From the NCBI GenBank assembly GCA_963733765.1, contig CAVTEI010000003.1:1935711-1999710 (forward strand): a stretch of 64,000 bases of DNA. Direction: 5' to 3'. This document shows, piece after piece, positions 48,135 to 57,725 of the stretch. A program made the position numbers and the translations under genes. The number at the start of each line of letters is the position of its first letter. Positions within the stretch are counted from its first letter, which is position 1. This stretch comes from an uncultured Acidimicrobiales bacterium (GTDB lineage Bacteria > Actinomycetota > Acidimicrobiia > Acidimicrobiales > DATKAS01). Under the pieces are notes generated by a model, which was not told where the DNA came from, searched no databases, and saw only the letters and a program-made list of their open reading frames with translations.

Positions 48135-48156
48135 CGGGTCATCGGAGTCGGGCCAT
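48131..48156 (-). other. two consecutive bridging mini-ORFs (MARLR*, MTR*) between the membrane-protein gene and the cytochrome c gene
   Basis: The minus strand reads tcTGATGgcccgactccgATGAcccgATGAag. ATG 48156-48154 overlaps the upstream TGA. TGA 48141-48139 overlaps ATG 48142-48140. TGA 48133-48131 overlaps the cytochrome c ATG 48134-48132. Confidence 0.35.
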
Positions 48157-48902
48157 CAGAACGAGGGGAACCCGTGCTCGAACCACCACCACACCGCGCT
48201 GGTCGCCCACACGAGGATGAGCGCGGTGAACACCACGCCGCCTGCGACCGGCAAGCCCCAACGCGGGAGCTTGCGATTGCGTACGCACAGCACCTTCGTC
48301 ACGAACGCGCCGTACACGATGCATCCGACGACGGAGTGCACGGCCCACCACGGGTTGCCGTAGTCGTTGAAGCCGAGCGCCCAGAGGCACTGAAAGGCGA
48401 CGGGCAGGCTCACGATGAACGCCAGCGTCCCCGCCATGCGATGCGCCTGCGGCATCCACGGCTTGCGCCGGCCCTGTGCGCGTTTGCCGAAGAGCCGGCG
48501 CCCCACCCACTCCTGGAAGACGGCGAGTGCGGCAGCCAATGTCGCGAACCACACCTTGAACTCCGGCTGCCCGCTGAAGAACCAGATGAACGGTTGCTCG
48601 AAGGTCGGGTCGTGGACGTTCGCGTACACGCCGAGCGCGAGCGCGACGAGAGCGCCGATGCCCGAGAAGATGAGCATCCGCCGAAGTCGATCCGGCGGTG
48701 TCTTGCCGCTCGCGGGCCGACGCGCGGGCGGGTCGGCCGTGGCGACGGCAGGTGCGATGACGGTCGCCGGTTCGGCTACGGGCGGGGCGACGGTCGCCGC
48801 GGTCGACTCCGGCGGGGCGAACGGAGGCGGCGGCACGCTTCCCCCGCGCGGCGGAGGCTTGGGCGGAATCGGACGAGAGCCCGGTTGTTGCTCGTCGGCC
48901 AC
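48156..48902 (-). CDS. uncharacterised polytopic membrane protein with Pro-rich N-terminus
   Basis: 248 aa with about five hydrophobic helices after a Pro-rich cytoplasmic region. His residues conserved in appearance lie in helices (AHRMAGTLAF, AVHSVVGC). Family not recognised with confidence. Confidence 0.6.
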   Translation of the reverse strand: MADEQQPGSRPIPPKPPPRGGSVPPPPFAPPESTAATVAPPVAEPATVIAPAVATADPPARRPASGKTPPDRLRRMLIFSGIGALVALALGVYANVHDPTFEQPFIWFFSGQPEFKVWFATLAAALAVFQEWVGRRLFGKRAQGRRKPWMPQAHRMAGTLAFIVSLPVAFQCLWALGFNDYGNPWWAVHSVVGCIVYGAFVTKVLCVRNRKLPRWGLPVAGGVVFTALILVWATSAVWWWFEHGFPSF

Positions 48903-49034
48903 CGCTCTCCCTTCGTCGCCTCCGACCTCGTCGCGCGCCAGAGGCGTCCGCTCGTCGGGCGACGCTAGCCCGCGCCGTCCGCGCGGGCATCGGGAGTCTC
49001 GGAGGGGGCATGACCCACGGGTACCCTGAGGTCA

Positions 49035-50393
49035 ATGGCCGTGCGCTTCGTGATCATCGGTGGTGGCCCCGCGGGCAACCAGGCCGCGACCTACGCCGCT
49101 CGCCTCGGGGCTGAGGTCGTGCTCGTCGAGAGAGACATCGTCGGCGGCGCCGCCCACCTGTGGGACTGCATCCCCTCGAAGACCATGATCGCGACAGGCG
49201 GCGCGATGTCGTTCTTCCGGCGTGCGGAGGGCATGGGTCTCGACGTGGATGCCGCCCTCGACCGCGACAGCCTGAGGGGTCGAGTCGACCGCATCGAGGA
49301 ACGACTCCATCGCGCGATCGTCCAGCTCTTGACCAGCCAGAACGTGCGCCTCATCGAGGGCGCCGCGCGTCTCAAGGGCCCGAACCAGGTCGTCGTCGAG
49401 ACGGCGACGGGAGTCGAGGAGCTCGAGGCTGATGCCATTCAGCTGTCGACTGGGTCGCGGCCCCGCGTGCCCGAGTGGTGTGTGCCCGACGGCAACCGCA
49501 TCTTGACGACGCGTGACTGCTATCCACCTCCGCAGATACCCGAGCATGCGGTCGTGGTGGGGTCCGGTGTCACGGGAGTGGAGTTCGTGCACATGCTGTC
49601 GTCGCTCGGATCGAAGGTGACGCTCATTGTCAGCCGCCAGCAGGTGCTGCCAACGAAGGATCCCGAAGTCGCGGCGGCGCTCGAGGCCGATTTTCTGGCG
49701 CGCGGTGTGAGCTTGCTGAAGGGCGCCCGCGCGGTCGGCATCGACGTCATCGACGAGCGCATCGTCGTGCGGTGTGATGACGGGAGACAGGTCCACGGAA
49801 GCCACGCCATCCTCGCGATCGGCTCGGTGCCGAACGTCGAGGGCCTCGGCCTCGAAGCTGCAGGAGTCGAGACCGACGACAGCGGCTACGTGCCCATCAA
49901 CCATCACTGCCAGTCGAACGTGCCGCACATCTACGCGGCCGGCGATCTCTCAGGGAAGCTTCCCTTGTCTTCGGTCGCCGCGATGCAGGGCCGCAAGATC
50001 GCGGAGCACGTGATGGGTTTGCACACGCGCGAGCACCGCCATCTCGACTACGACAAGGCGGCCTCCGCGATCTTCACGGAACCCGAGATCGCCGACGTCG
50101 GTCTGGCCGAAGCCGAGGCGTTCGCCGAAGGGCGCAAGATCCGTGTGACGAAGGTGCCGTTCTCGGCGAGCGCGAAGGCGCTCATCAACAACGATCCCCG
50201 CGGCTTCGTGAAGATCCTCTCCGACCCGGCCACCGGCGTGGTGCTCGGGGGCTCGATCGTCGGCCGCCATGCCGCTGAGCTCATCTCCGTGATCGCGCTC
50301 GCGGTCACCGCGAATCTGAAGGTGAGCGACATCTACGAGAGCCTGCTGGTGCATCCGGCGCTGGCCGAGGCGCTCGCCGACGCCGCCGAGTAG
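49035..50393 (+). CDS. pyridine nucleotide-disulfide oxidoreductase family flavoprotein, LpdA-like NAD(P)H quinone reductase type
   Basis: FAD motif IIGGGPAGNQAA. The usual CxxxxC redox disulfide is reduced to a single Cys (GGAAHLWDCIPSK), as in the mycobacterial LpdA (Rv3303c)-type enzymes. Second Rossmann motif VVGSGVTGVEF. Confidence 0.8.
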   Translation: MAVRFVIIGGGPAGNQAATYAARLGAEVVLVERDIVGGAAHLWDCIPSKTMIATGGAMSFFRRAEGMGLDVDAALDRDSLRGRVDRIEERLHRAIVQLLTSQNVRLIEGAARLKGPNQVVVETATGVEELEADAIQLSTGSRPRVPEWCVPDGNRILTTRDCYPPPQIPEHAVVVGSGVTGVEFVHMLSSLGSKVTLIVSRQQVLPTKDPEVAAALEADFLARGVSLLKGARAVGIDVIDERIVVRCDDGRQVHGSHAILAIGSVPNVEGLGLEAAGVETDDSGYVPINHHCQSNVPHIYAAGDLSGKLPLSSVAAMQGRKIAEHVMGLHTREHRHLDYDKAASAIFTEPEIADVGLAEAEAFAEGRKIRVTKVPFSASAKALINNDPRGFVKILSDPATGVVLGGSIVGRHAAELISVIALAVTANLKVSDIYESLLVHPALAEALADAAE

Positions 50394-50503
50394 TAAACGC
50401 ACCGTCAACAACAGACAACGCGGAGCCAACACGACTTCGCGGGACTTGATACGTTGGCGGCCTCGCGAAGCGAACGGTCTACCCCGCAGACCTGGAGGTT
50501 CCC

Positions 50504-52392
50504 ATGACCCGTCGATTCCGCCGCTCCGTCGCCGCACTGATCACAGGATCCTTGCTGGCGTTGGGGGTCGTCACGGCACCGCCCGCCTATGCCGCCGCAC
50601 CGCACGTGGACCGGCAACGGCGGCGCGTCCTGGAGCACTCCCGCGAACTGGAACCCGGCCGGGCCGCCGGTTGACAACGACGTCCTGACCTTCCCGGCGG
50701 GCGCGTCCTCGCTGAACAACACGTACGACCTCGCGGACGGCACCAATGTGACGCTCAACTTCACGGGCGCCGGCTACATCATTGGCGGCATCAACATGCT
50801 GGACCTGCAGGCGATCACGCAGTCGGTCGCCGGCACGAACCCGATCTCTACGCCGATCACTGGCGACGATCGGGAATCTCCCGGTCAATGTCGACTGCGG
50901 GCACTCTTGCTCTGGCGGGGCCCATGGGTGGTGCGTTCAGCTTGGCGAAGGTCGGGGCAGGCACGCTCGTTCTCGGGGGGCAGAAGTCTCTACACCGGCG
51001 CCACTCTCGTTGGCGCGGGGAGCCTCATCGTCGACGGCACCATCAACTCGAGCCAGACGCAGGTCGCCCAGGGAGGTCTCCTCGGCGGTAGCGGCTTCAC
51101 CGCCAACGTCACCGCGACGGGCGGCACCATCTCGCCCGGTAACAACGGTGCGGGCGTCTTGACGGTGAACGGCTCGCTCACGCTCAGCGGAGGGACGGTC
51201 TCGCTCGACATCCTCGGCGCCGCGCCCGGCACGCTGCACGACGCCCTTACCGTCAACAACGGGGTGGTTTCGCTCGGCAACGCGGCTCTTGTTCTCGCCG
51301 GCAACTTCTTTGGGCCGACCAGCCAGACGTTCATCGTCATCAACAACACCGGCACCGGAGCGATCCAGGGCACGTTCCTGAACCTCCCCAGGGTGCGACC
51401 TTCGCCGCGGCGAACGGCGTCTGCTACACGCATCAGTTACGTCGGCGGCACCGGCAACGACGTCGTCCTGACGCAGGTCGGCAGGTCGGGCATCCGGCTC
51501 GCCGGCGTCGACCGAGTCGACACTGCGGTCAAGATCTCGCAGAACTCGTTCCCCGCGAACGGGTCCGCGACCAGCGGTGGTGCTCGCCCGCGGCGACCTC
51601 TTCCCCGATGCCCTTGCCGGCGCCCCTCTCGCCGTCTCCAAGGTCGGCCCGCTCCTGCTGGCCAACCTCGTGGCCGGTGCCACGACCGTCGATGCTCGGA
51701 CGGTCGCCGAGATCCAGCGCGTGCTGACAACGGGCAAGACGATCCACGTGCTCGGCGGTGCGTAGCGATCCCTGACTCGATGGTCCAGCAGCTCACTGCG
51801 CTGGGGTACCAGGTGCCGAGGCAGTTCGCAGGCGCAGACCGCTTCCAGACGGCGGTCCTCATCGCGCAGACGGGCCTGAACAACCCCGCGAACCTGTTCC
51901 TCGCGAGCGGCGTGAACTTCCCCGATGCTCTGTCCGCTGGACCCGCCGCAGCGAAGCTGCAAGGGGCGATCCTGTTGACGAACGCCAACGTGATGCCGGC
52001 GTTCACCTCTCAGTACCTCCACGACTCGCACTGGTGCGACCATCTTCGCCCTCGGCGGTCCCGCCGCCGCCGCTGGTGGGGCGCCGGCGGCCAACCAGAT
52101 CGTCGGTGCTGACCGCTACGCAACTGCGGTCATGGTCGCGCAGAGGTTCTTCCCGAACCCGACCGCGGTCGGAGTCGCGAGCGGCGAGGCCTTCCCTGAC
52201 GGTCTCACCGGTGGCGCGCACATCGGCAAGCTCGGCGGCGCACTCCTGTTGACCGCTCAGGCCGCGTTGCCCGCCAATGTCCAGTCCTACTTGCAGAGCG
52301 TCAAGGCGACCGTCACGCAGCTGTTCATCTACGGCGGCCCAGACGCGGTCAGCACTCAGGCCGCCACGCAGATCGCCGCGGCAGTCGCCTGA
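50504..52392 (+). pseudogene. secreted surface protein (PATR-type beta-strand repeats + three CWB2 cell-wall-binding repeats) with about nine frame disruptions
   Basis: GGAGG then ATG 50504, with signal peptide MTRRFRRSVAALITGSLLALGVVTAPPAYAAAP. The recognisable protein continues by hopping frames at about 50603, 50860, 50890, 50989, 51390, 51431, 51573, 51761 and 52029, ending at TGA 52390-52392. Track ORFs 50589, 50782, 50888, 51577 and 52132 are pieces of it. Confidence 0.8.
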
Positions 52393-52432
52393 CGGGGCTG
52401 TCCTTCGAAGGCCGATCGTCGTCGTAGCCGCG

Positions 52433-52468
52433 GCCGGCGTGGCAGGGCTTCTGGCCCTGCCCGCCGGC
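52433..52468. terminator. strong GC hairpin between the convergent surface-protein gene and accA
   Basis: gccggcg(t)ggcagggc ttctg gccctgcc cgccggc: 15 bp with one bulge. Confidence 0.45.
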
Positions 52469-52513
52469 TCGGCGCGTGAGGCTGAAGAGTCCGCTAGCCG
52501 AAGAGCCTTGCGG

Positions 52514-54289
52514 CTAGCCGATCACGACCACGACATCGCCGGCGCCAACGGTGACGCCCTCGGTCACCCTGACCTCGGTCACCGCGCCCGCCCGCTCGGC
52601 GAGGATGTTGTTCTCCATCTTCATCGCCTCGAGCACGCATACGGCTTGCCCGGCTTCGACGGTGTCGCCGACCGCGACGAGCACCTTCACGATCGTCCCC
52701 TGCATCGGCACGGTCACCTGACCGCTGCCCCCGCCGCCTCCGGAGCTGGAGCTGGCGGCACGACCGGGTCGGACTCGGGTCGCATCCGACGCGACCCCGT
52801 TGGCGACTGGCCCGGCGGATTCGGGGACCCAGACCGTCACGGCGAACCGCTTGCCGTTCACCTCGACATCGACGTCGCGACGCACTCTCGGCCCGTCCGT
52901 CTCGCCGTCAGCCACGGGTGGGGCGGACGCCGGTGCCGCGATGCCGCTCAGATCGAGGCGTTCCTCGACCCACTTCGTCGAGTGCTGCGCATCGATGAAG
53001 TCTTGGTGGGTGAGGATCGCGACGTCGGCGGGAACCGTCGTCGCGACGCCTTCGACCACCAGTTCGCCGAGCGCCCGGAGCATGCGCTTCCGGGCCGTCT
53101 CCCGGTCAGCACCCCACACAACGAGCTTGCCGATGAGGTTGTCGTAGTACTGGCTGATCTCGTCGCCACTGGCGTAGCCGCCGTCGAACCGCACCCCGAA
53201 GCCGTCGGGCACCACGAGCTTGGTGATCTTGCCGGGCGACGGCAGGAATCGGCCGCCCGCCGGGTTTTCGGCGTTGATGCGGCACTCGATCGCATGGCCT
53301 CGCCGTTCGATCGACGACTGATCGAAGGAGAGGGGCATCCCAGAGGCGACGCGGATCTGCTCGGCGACGAGGTCGATGCCGGTCACCATCTCGGTGACCG
53401 GGTGCTCGACCTGCAGTCGCGTGTTCATCTCGAGGAAGAAGAACTCGCCGTCCGCGTACAGGAACTCGACGGTGCCCGCGTTGTAGTAGCCCACCGAGCG
53501 CGCCACCGCGACGGCCGCCTCGCCCATCGCGCGGCGCACCTCTTCGGCGAGGAGCGGAGCGGGGCTCTCCTCGACGAGCTTCTGGTGCCGCCGCTGCGCC
53601 GAGCAGTCGCGCTCACCGAGCCAGACCATGTTGCCGTGGGTGTCGCCGATGATCTGGACCTCGACGTGCCGCGGCCAGGGCAAGTAACGCTCGACGTAGA
53701 GCTCGGCCCGCCCGAAGTAGGCCTGAGCCTCGCGCGCGGCGGACTCGATCGCGGCCTCGACCGCGTCGGGACCAGTGACGACCTTCATGCCCCGGCCGCC
53801 GCCGCCGTACGCCGCCTTCACGGCCACCGGCCACCCGTGCGCCTCCGCGAACGCCCGGACCTCGTCGGGCGATGTCAACGCCTCGCTGATGCCGGGCACG
53901 CCCGCCACGCCGGCGCGGTCGGCCGCGAGTCGAGCCGAGATCTTGTCGCCCATCGGCTCGATCGCCTCGGGTGGCGGGCCGATGAACGTGACGCCCTCCG
54001 ACGTGATCGCACGCGCGAAGTCGGTGTTCTCCGAAAAGAAGCCGTACCCCGGATGGACTCCGTCCGCTCCACTCTGTCGAATCGCCGAAAGGATCGCGTC
54101 GGTGTTCAGGTACGACTCCGCCGCGGTCTGTCCTCCGAGTGCGTAGGCCTCGTCGGCCAGGCGGACGTGCATCGCGTCGCGATCGAGCTCGGAGTACACG
54201 GCGACCGAGCGGATGCCAAGCTCCTTGCACGCACGGATGACACGCACGGCGATCTCGCCGCGGTTCGCGATCAGGATCTTCGTCAGCAT
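52514..54289 (-). CDS. accA: acetyl/propionyl-CoA carboxylase alpha subunit (biotin carboxylase + BCCP)
   Basis: ATG 54289; MLTKILIANRGEIAVRVIRACKELGI..., ATP-grasp domain, C-terminal biotinylation motif LEAMKMEN. Confidence 0.92.
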   Translation of the reverse strand: MLTKILIANRGEIAVRVIRACKELGIRSVAVYSELDRDAMHVRLADEAYALGGQTAAESYLNTDAILSAIRQSGADGVHPGYGFFSENTDFARAITSEGVTFIGPPPEAIEPMGDKISARLAADRAGVAGVPGISEALTSPDEVRAFAEAHGWPVAVKAAYGGGGRGMKVVTGPDAVEAAIESAAREAQAYFGRAELYVERYLPWPRHVEVQIIGDTHGNMVWLGERDCSAQRRHQKLVEESPAPLLAEEVRRAMGEAAVAVARSVGYYNAGTVEFLYADGEFFFLEMNTRLQVEHPVTEMVTGIDLVAEQIRVASGMPLSFDQSSIERRGHAIECRINAENPAGGRFLPSPGKITKLVVPDGFGVRFDGGYASGDEISQYYDNLIGKLVVWGADRETARKRMLRALGELVVEGVATTVPADVAILTHQDFIDAQHSTKWVEERLDLSGIAAPASAPPVADGETDGPRVRRDVDVEVNGKRFAVTVWVPESAGPVANGVASDATRVRPGRAASSSSGGGGGSGQVTVPMQGTIVKVLVAVGDTVEAGQAVCVLEAMKMENNILAERAGAVTEVRVTEGVTVGAGDVVVVIG

Positions 54290-55034
54290 GAGGCGCCTAT
54301 GTTGGCAGGCGGTGGCGTGGACCGTGGAGTGGGTCGCCGAGACCGGTTCGACGAACGCCGATCTGCTCGAGGCGGCTCGGGCCGGCGCGCCCGCAGGCAC
54401 GGTGCTCGTGGCCGACCATCAAACGGCCGGCAGAGGCCGCCTCGGACGGCAATGGCACGCGCCGCCCGGCAGCTCACTGCTGGCGTCGATCCTGTTCCAT
54501 GCGCCCGATCGCGCCGCGCTGCACCACTACACCCAGGCCGTCGGCCTGGCTGCCGTCGATGCCTGTCGCTCGGTCGCCGCAGTCACGCCGGTGCTCAAAT
54601 GGCCGAACGACTTGCTCGTCGGCGACCGCAAGCTGGCCGGAGTGTTGGCCGAGAGCGCGCCAACCGAGAGCGATCCGATCGCGGTTGTCGTCGGCATCGG
54701 CCTCAACGTGAACTGGCCGGCTGAGCTGCCGGTCGACTTGGCCCGAACGATAACCGCGCTCAATCACGAAGCCGGTCACGACATCGATCGGCGGGAGGTG
54801 CTCGATGTGCTGCTCGACGCCCTCGACGCCCTCGATTGGACAGCGCTCGCGCCCCGCTATCGCGCCGCACTCGCCACTCTCGGCCGTCGGGTCAGAGTCG
54901 AGCAACCATCAGGTTCCATCGAAGGTGTTGCGGTCGACGTCACGCCCGAGGGGCACCTCGTCGTGGCGACGTCGGCAGGTGACATCGCCGTCTCGGCCGG
55001 TGACGTAGTGCACCTTCGCGATGCCCCCGCATGA
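54288..55034 (+). CDS. birA: biotin--[acetyl-CoA-carboxylase] ligase
   Basis: VAETGSTNADLL...HQTAGRGRLGRQW...KWPNDLL motifs. Start uncertain (ATG 54288 chosen; later GTGs are possible). Confidence 0.85.
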   Translation: MRRLCWQAVAWTVEWVAETGSTNADLLEAARAGAPAGTVLVADHQTAGRGRLGRQWHAPPGSSLLASILFHAPDRAALHHYTQAVGLAAVDACRSVAAVTPVLKWPNDLLVGDRKLAGVLAESAPTESDPIAVVVGIGLNVNWPAELPVDLARTITALNHEAGHDIDRREVLDVLLDALDALDWTALAPRYRAALATLGRRVRVEQPSGSIEGVAVDVTPEGHLVVATSAGDIAVSAGDVVHLRDAPA

Positions 55035-55072
55035 CGGATCCCCGCGAAAACCCTCCTGTAGCGTGACCATCC

Positions 55073-56581
55073 GTGTCAGCGCGCCGTTCGAGCAAGTCCA
55101 AAGCGGCGCTCGCGCGGCCTCGGCGAGTACGCCGGACATGGCCGCAGCGCATGCTCATCGGCTTCAACGTCTTCCTGATCGGCGTGTGCCTCGTCACCGC
55201 TGGCGGCATCTTCTACACCTTCAACAAGTTCGGTGACCTCCCGCGCGTCGAGCTCGCTCATGTGCTCTCACCCGAGCCGCAGCAGGAAGCGATCGATCGC
55301 GCGCAGAACTTCCTCCTCGTCGGCTCCGACAGCCGCGCTGGCATCGCGCCCGATGATCCGAACATCGGTGCGTTCGGTAGCGAGGCCGAGGTCGGCGGAC
55401 AGCGCTCCGACACGATCATGGTGCTGCGCATCGATCCCGAATCCGAACGGGCGTCTCTGCTGTCGTTCCCGAGGGATCTCTGGGTGTCGATCGCGGGCAC
55501 CGGCGCAAAGCAGCGGATCAACACCGCGTTCTCGCGCGGTCCCGACGTGCTCGTTGCGACGCTGCAACAGAACTTTGGCATCCCGATCCAGCACTTCGTC
55601 GAGGTCGACTTCGTCGGCTTCAAAGGCCTCGTCGATGCGGTCGGCGGTGTGCCCGTGTACTTCGAGAACCCTGCCCGCGACAGGAACACGGGTTTGAACA
55701 TCCCGGTATCCGGCTGCGTCACCCTGAACGGCGACCAGGCGCTCGCGTACACGCGCTCCCGCCACTACGAGTACCGATCCGGCGATCGTTGGCGCACCGA
55801 CGGCACCGGCGACCTCGGACGCATCAGCCGCCAGCAGGACTTCATTCGCCGCACCCTGGTGAAGGCCGTCGCCCGGGGCGTCCGCAATCCGATCGTGCTC
55901 AACGAGCTGATCGACGTCGGCATCCGCAACGTCACCGTCGACAGCGGCCTGTCGGCCCGCGACCTCATCCGCCTCGGCAACCGGTTCCGTGAGCTCGACC
56001 CGTCCAAGATCGACATGTACACCGTCCCGATCACGCCCACCTCGATCAACGGCGCCGCGGTGCTGCTCATGCAGGAGGAGGCGGCCCAGCCGGTGCTCGA
56101 TGTCTTCCGGGGCCTGCCCACGGAGACCGGTGACGGCACTGCCGAGCCGCCGGCGCCAACGGTCCCGCCGGCAACGGTCCAGGTCCAGGTGCTCAACGGT
56201 GCAGGGGTCCGCGGGCTCGCCGGCCAGACGAGCGAGGCGCTCGCGGCGATCGGCTTCGAGGTCGTCGACCCGGGCGACGCGGACAGCACGCAGTACGACC
56301 GCACGGTCATCCGCTACGCGAAGGGCCAGGAAGGCGCCGCCCGCACGGTGGCCGCGTACCTCGACTCCGGGGCCGAGCTCCAGCCGGTGAACGAGGTGGC
56401 GGCTGGTGACGTCGTGGTGGTCCTCGGCCGCGACTTCACGCAGGTGAACACGACGCCCTCCACGGTGCCCTCCAACGACTCAGCCTCCGCCGATTCGGGC
56501 TCGGCGGCGACGACCGCCCCCGTGGCCTCGTCGACCACAGTGGTCGGCGTCATCCCGCCTGCCGAAGCGGCCTGCGGGTAG
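55073..56581 (+). CDS. LytR-CpsA-Psr (LCP) family cell-envelope phosphotransferase with LytR_C-like C-terminal domain
   Basis: Basic N-terminus plus TM, then LCP core FLLVGSDSRAG...RSDTIMVLRIDPE...SFPRDLWV...INTAF. C-terminal VQVLNGAGVRGLAGQTSEAL. Confidence 0.88.
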   Translation: MSARRSSKSKAALARPRRVRRTWPQRMLIGFNVFLIGVCLVTAGGIFYTFNKFGDLPRVELAHVLSPEPQQEAIDRAQNFLLVGSDSRAGIAPDDPNIGAFGSEAEVGGQRSDTIMVLRIDPESERASLLSFPRDLWVSIAGTGAKQRINTAFSRGPDVLVATLQQNFGIPIQHFVEVDFVGFKGLVDAVGGVPVYFENPARDRNTGLNIPVSGCVTLNGDQALAYTRSRHYEYRSGDRWRTDGTGDLGRISRQQDFIRRTLVKAVARGVRNPIVLNELIDVGIRNVTVDSGLSARDLIRLGNRFRELDPSKIDMYTVPITPTSINGAAVLLMQEEAAQPVLDVFRGLPTETGDGTAEPPAPTVPPATVQVQVLNGAGVRGLAGQTSEALAAIGFEVVDPGDADSTQYDRTVIRYAKGQEGAARTVAAYLDSGAELQPVNEVAAGDVVVVLGRDFTQVNTTPSTVPSNDSASADSGSAATTAPVASSTTVVGVIPPAEAACG

Positions 56582-56603
56582 GCCCGCGGCGATCGGTCGC
56601 CGC

Positions 56604-57725
56604 GTGCGAGTGGCGCTCACCCTCGAGCAGTGCTGGCACCGCGTGCCCGGCGGTACTGCCGTCGCGGCAATCGGGCTCGCGAAGGCGCTCGCCGACGTCG
56701 AGGGCCTGACACCGATCGGTGTGACCGCCTGGCACCGCCAGCTCCCGCCTCCGCCGTGGCAACCCCCGATCGCCACGGTGTCGTTGCCTCTGTCACGGGC
56801 CGCGCTGTACGAGGCATGGCACGCGGTGCGATGGCCGCCGGTCGAGCGGGCCACGGGGCCCGTCGACGTCGTGCACGCGACCAGCCTCATCGTGCCGGCG
56901 ACGAGCGCGCCGCTCGTCGTCACCGTGCACGACCTTGCCTTCCTCGACGACCCGTCTCGGCTCACCGCGCGGGGGCACCGGTTCATGCGGCGGGGCCTCG
57001 ACCTCGCGCGCCGGCACGCGGCCGTCGTCGTGTGCTCGTCGGAGGACACCCGGCGAGCGTGCATCGCGGCCGGGCTCCCCAAGTATCTCCTCCGCGTCGT
57101 GCCGCTCGGCACGGACACGGAGCCGGCTTCGCTCGGCGCGATCGCCGACGCGAAGGCACGCTTCGGATTGCGTCGGCCCTACATTGCCTGGGTCGGCACG
57201 TTCGAGCCGCGCAAGAACGTTGCCGGTCTCCTCGCGGCGTTCGCGATCGTGGCGCAACGGGATCGGGACCTCGAGCTCGTGCTCATCGGCCCGTCCGGCT
57301 GGGGGCCGCAGCTGAGCGCACTCACGGAGGGGATGGATCCAGAGGTCCGGGCGCGAGTGCGGGCGCTCGGGTTCTTGCCCGACGCGCAGCGCAACGCAGT
57401 GGTCGCGGGCGCGTCCGCCTTTTGCTACCCGAGCATGCGTGAGGGCTTCGGGCTGCCGGTCCTCGAGGCGATGGTGCAGGGCACTCCGGTCGTTACCTCC
57501 CGAGGCACCGCGACCGAGGAAGTCATTGGTGATGCCGGTGTCGTGATCGATCCCGGACAGCCTGAGGAGATCGCGAACGCGCTGTCACGGGTCATCCGCG
57601 ACGACGACTTGGCCGACGAGCTCGCGCGTGCGGGCCGGGCCCGAGCCGCGGAGATGACGTGGGCAAGGTGCGCCGAACGCATGGTCGACGTGTATCGGGG
57701 AGTTGCCGCAGGTTCGCGCCGATGA
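56604..57725 (+). CDS. GT4-family glycosyltransferase
   Basis: GT-B fold signatures (...VGTFEPRKNV..., FCYPSMREGFGLPVLEAM). Confidence 0.8.
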   Translation: MRVALTLEQCWHRVPGGTAVAAIGLAKALADVEGLTPIGVTAWHRQLPPPPWQPPIATVSLPLSRAALYEAWHAVRWPPVERATGPVDVVHATSLIVPATSAPLVVTVHDLAFLDDPSRLTARGHRFMRRGLDLARRHAAVVVCSSEDTRRACIAAGLPKYLLRVVPLGTDTEPASLGAIADAKARFGLRRPYIAWVGTFEPRKNVAGLLAAFAIVAQRDRDLELVLIGPSGWGPQLSALTEGMDPEVRARVRALGFLPDAQRNAVVAGASAFCYPSMREGFGLPVLEAMVQGTPVVTSRGTATEEVIGDAGVVIDPGQPEEIANALSRVIRDDDLADELARAGRARAAEMTWARCAERMVDVYRGVAAGSRR

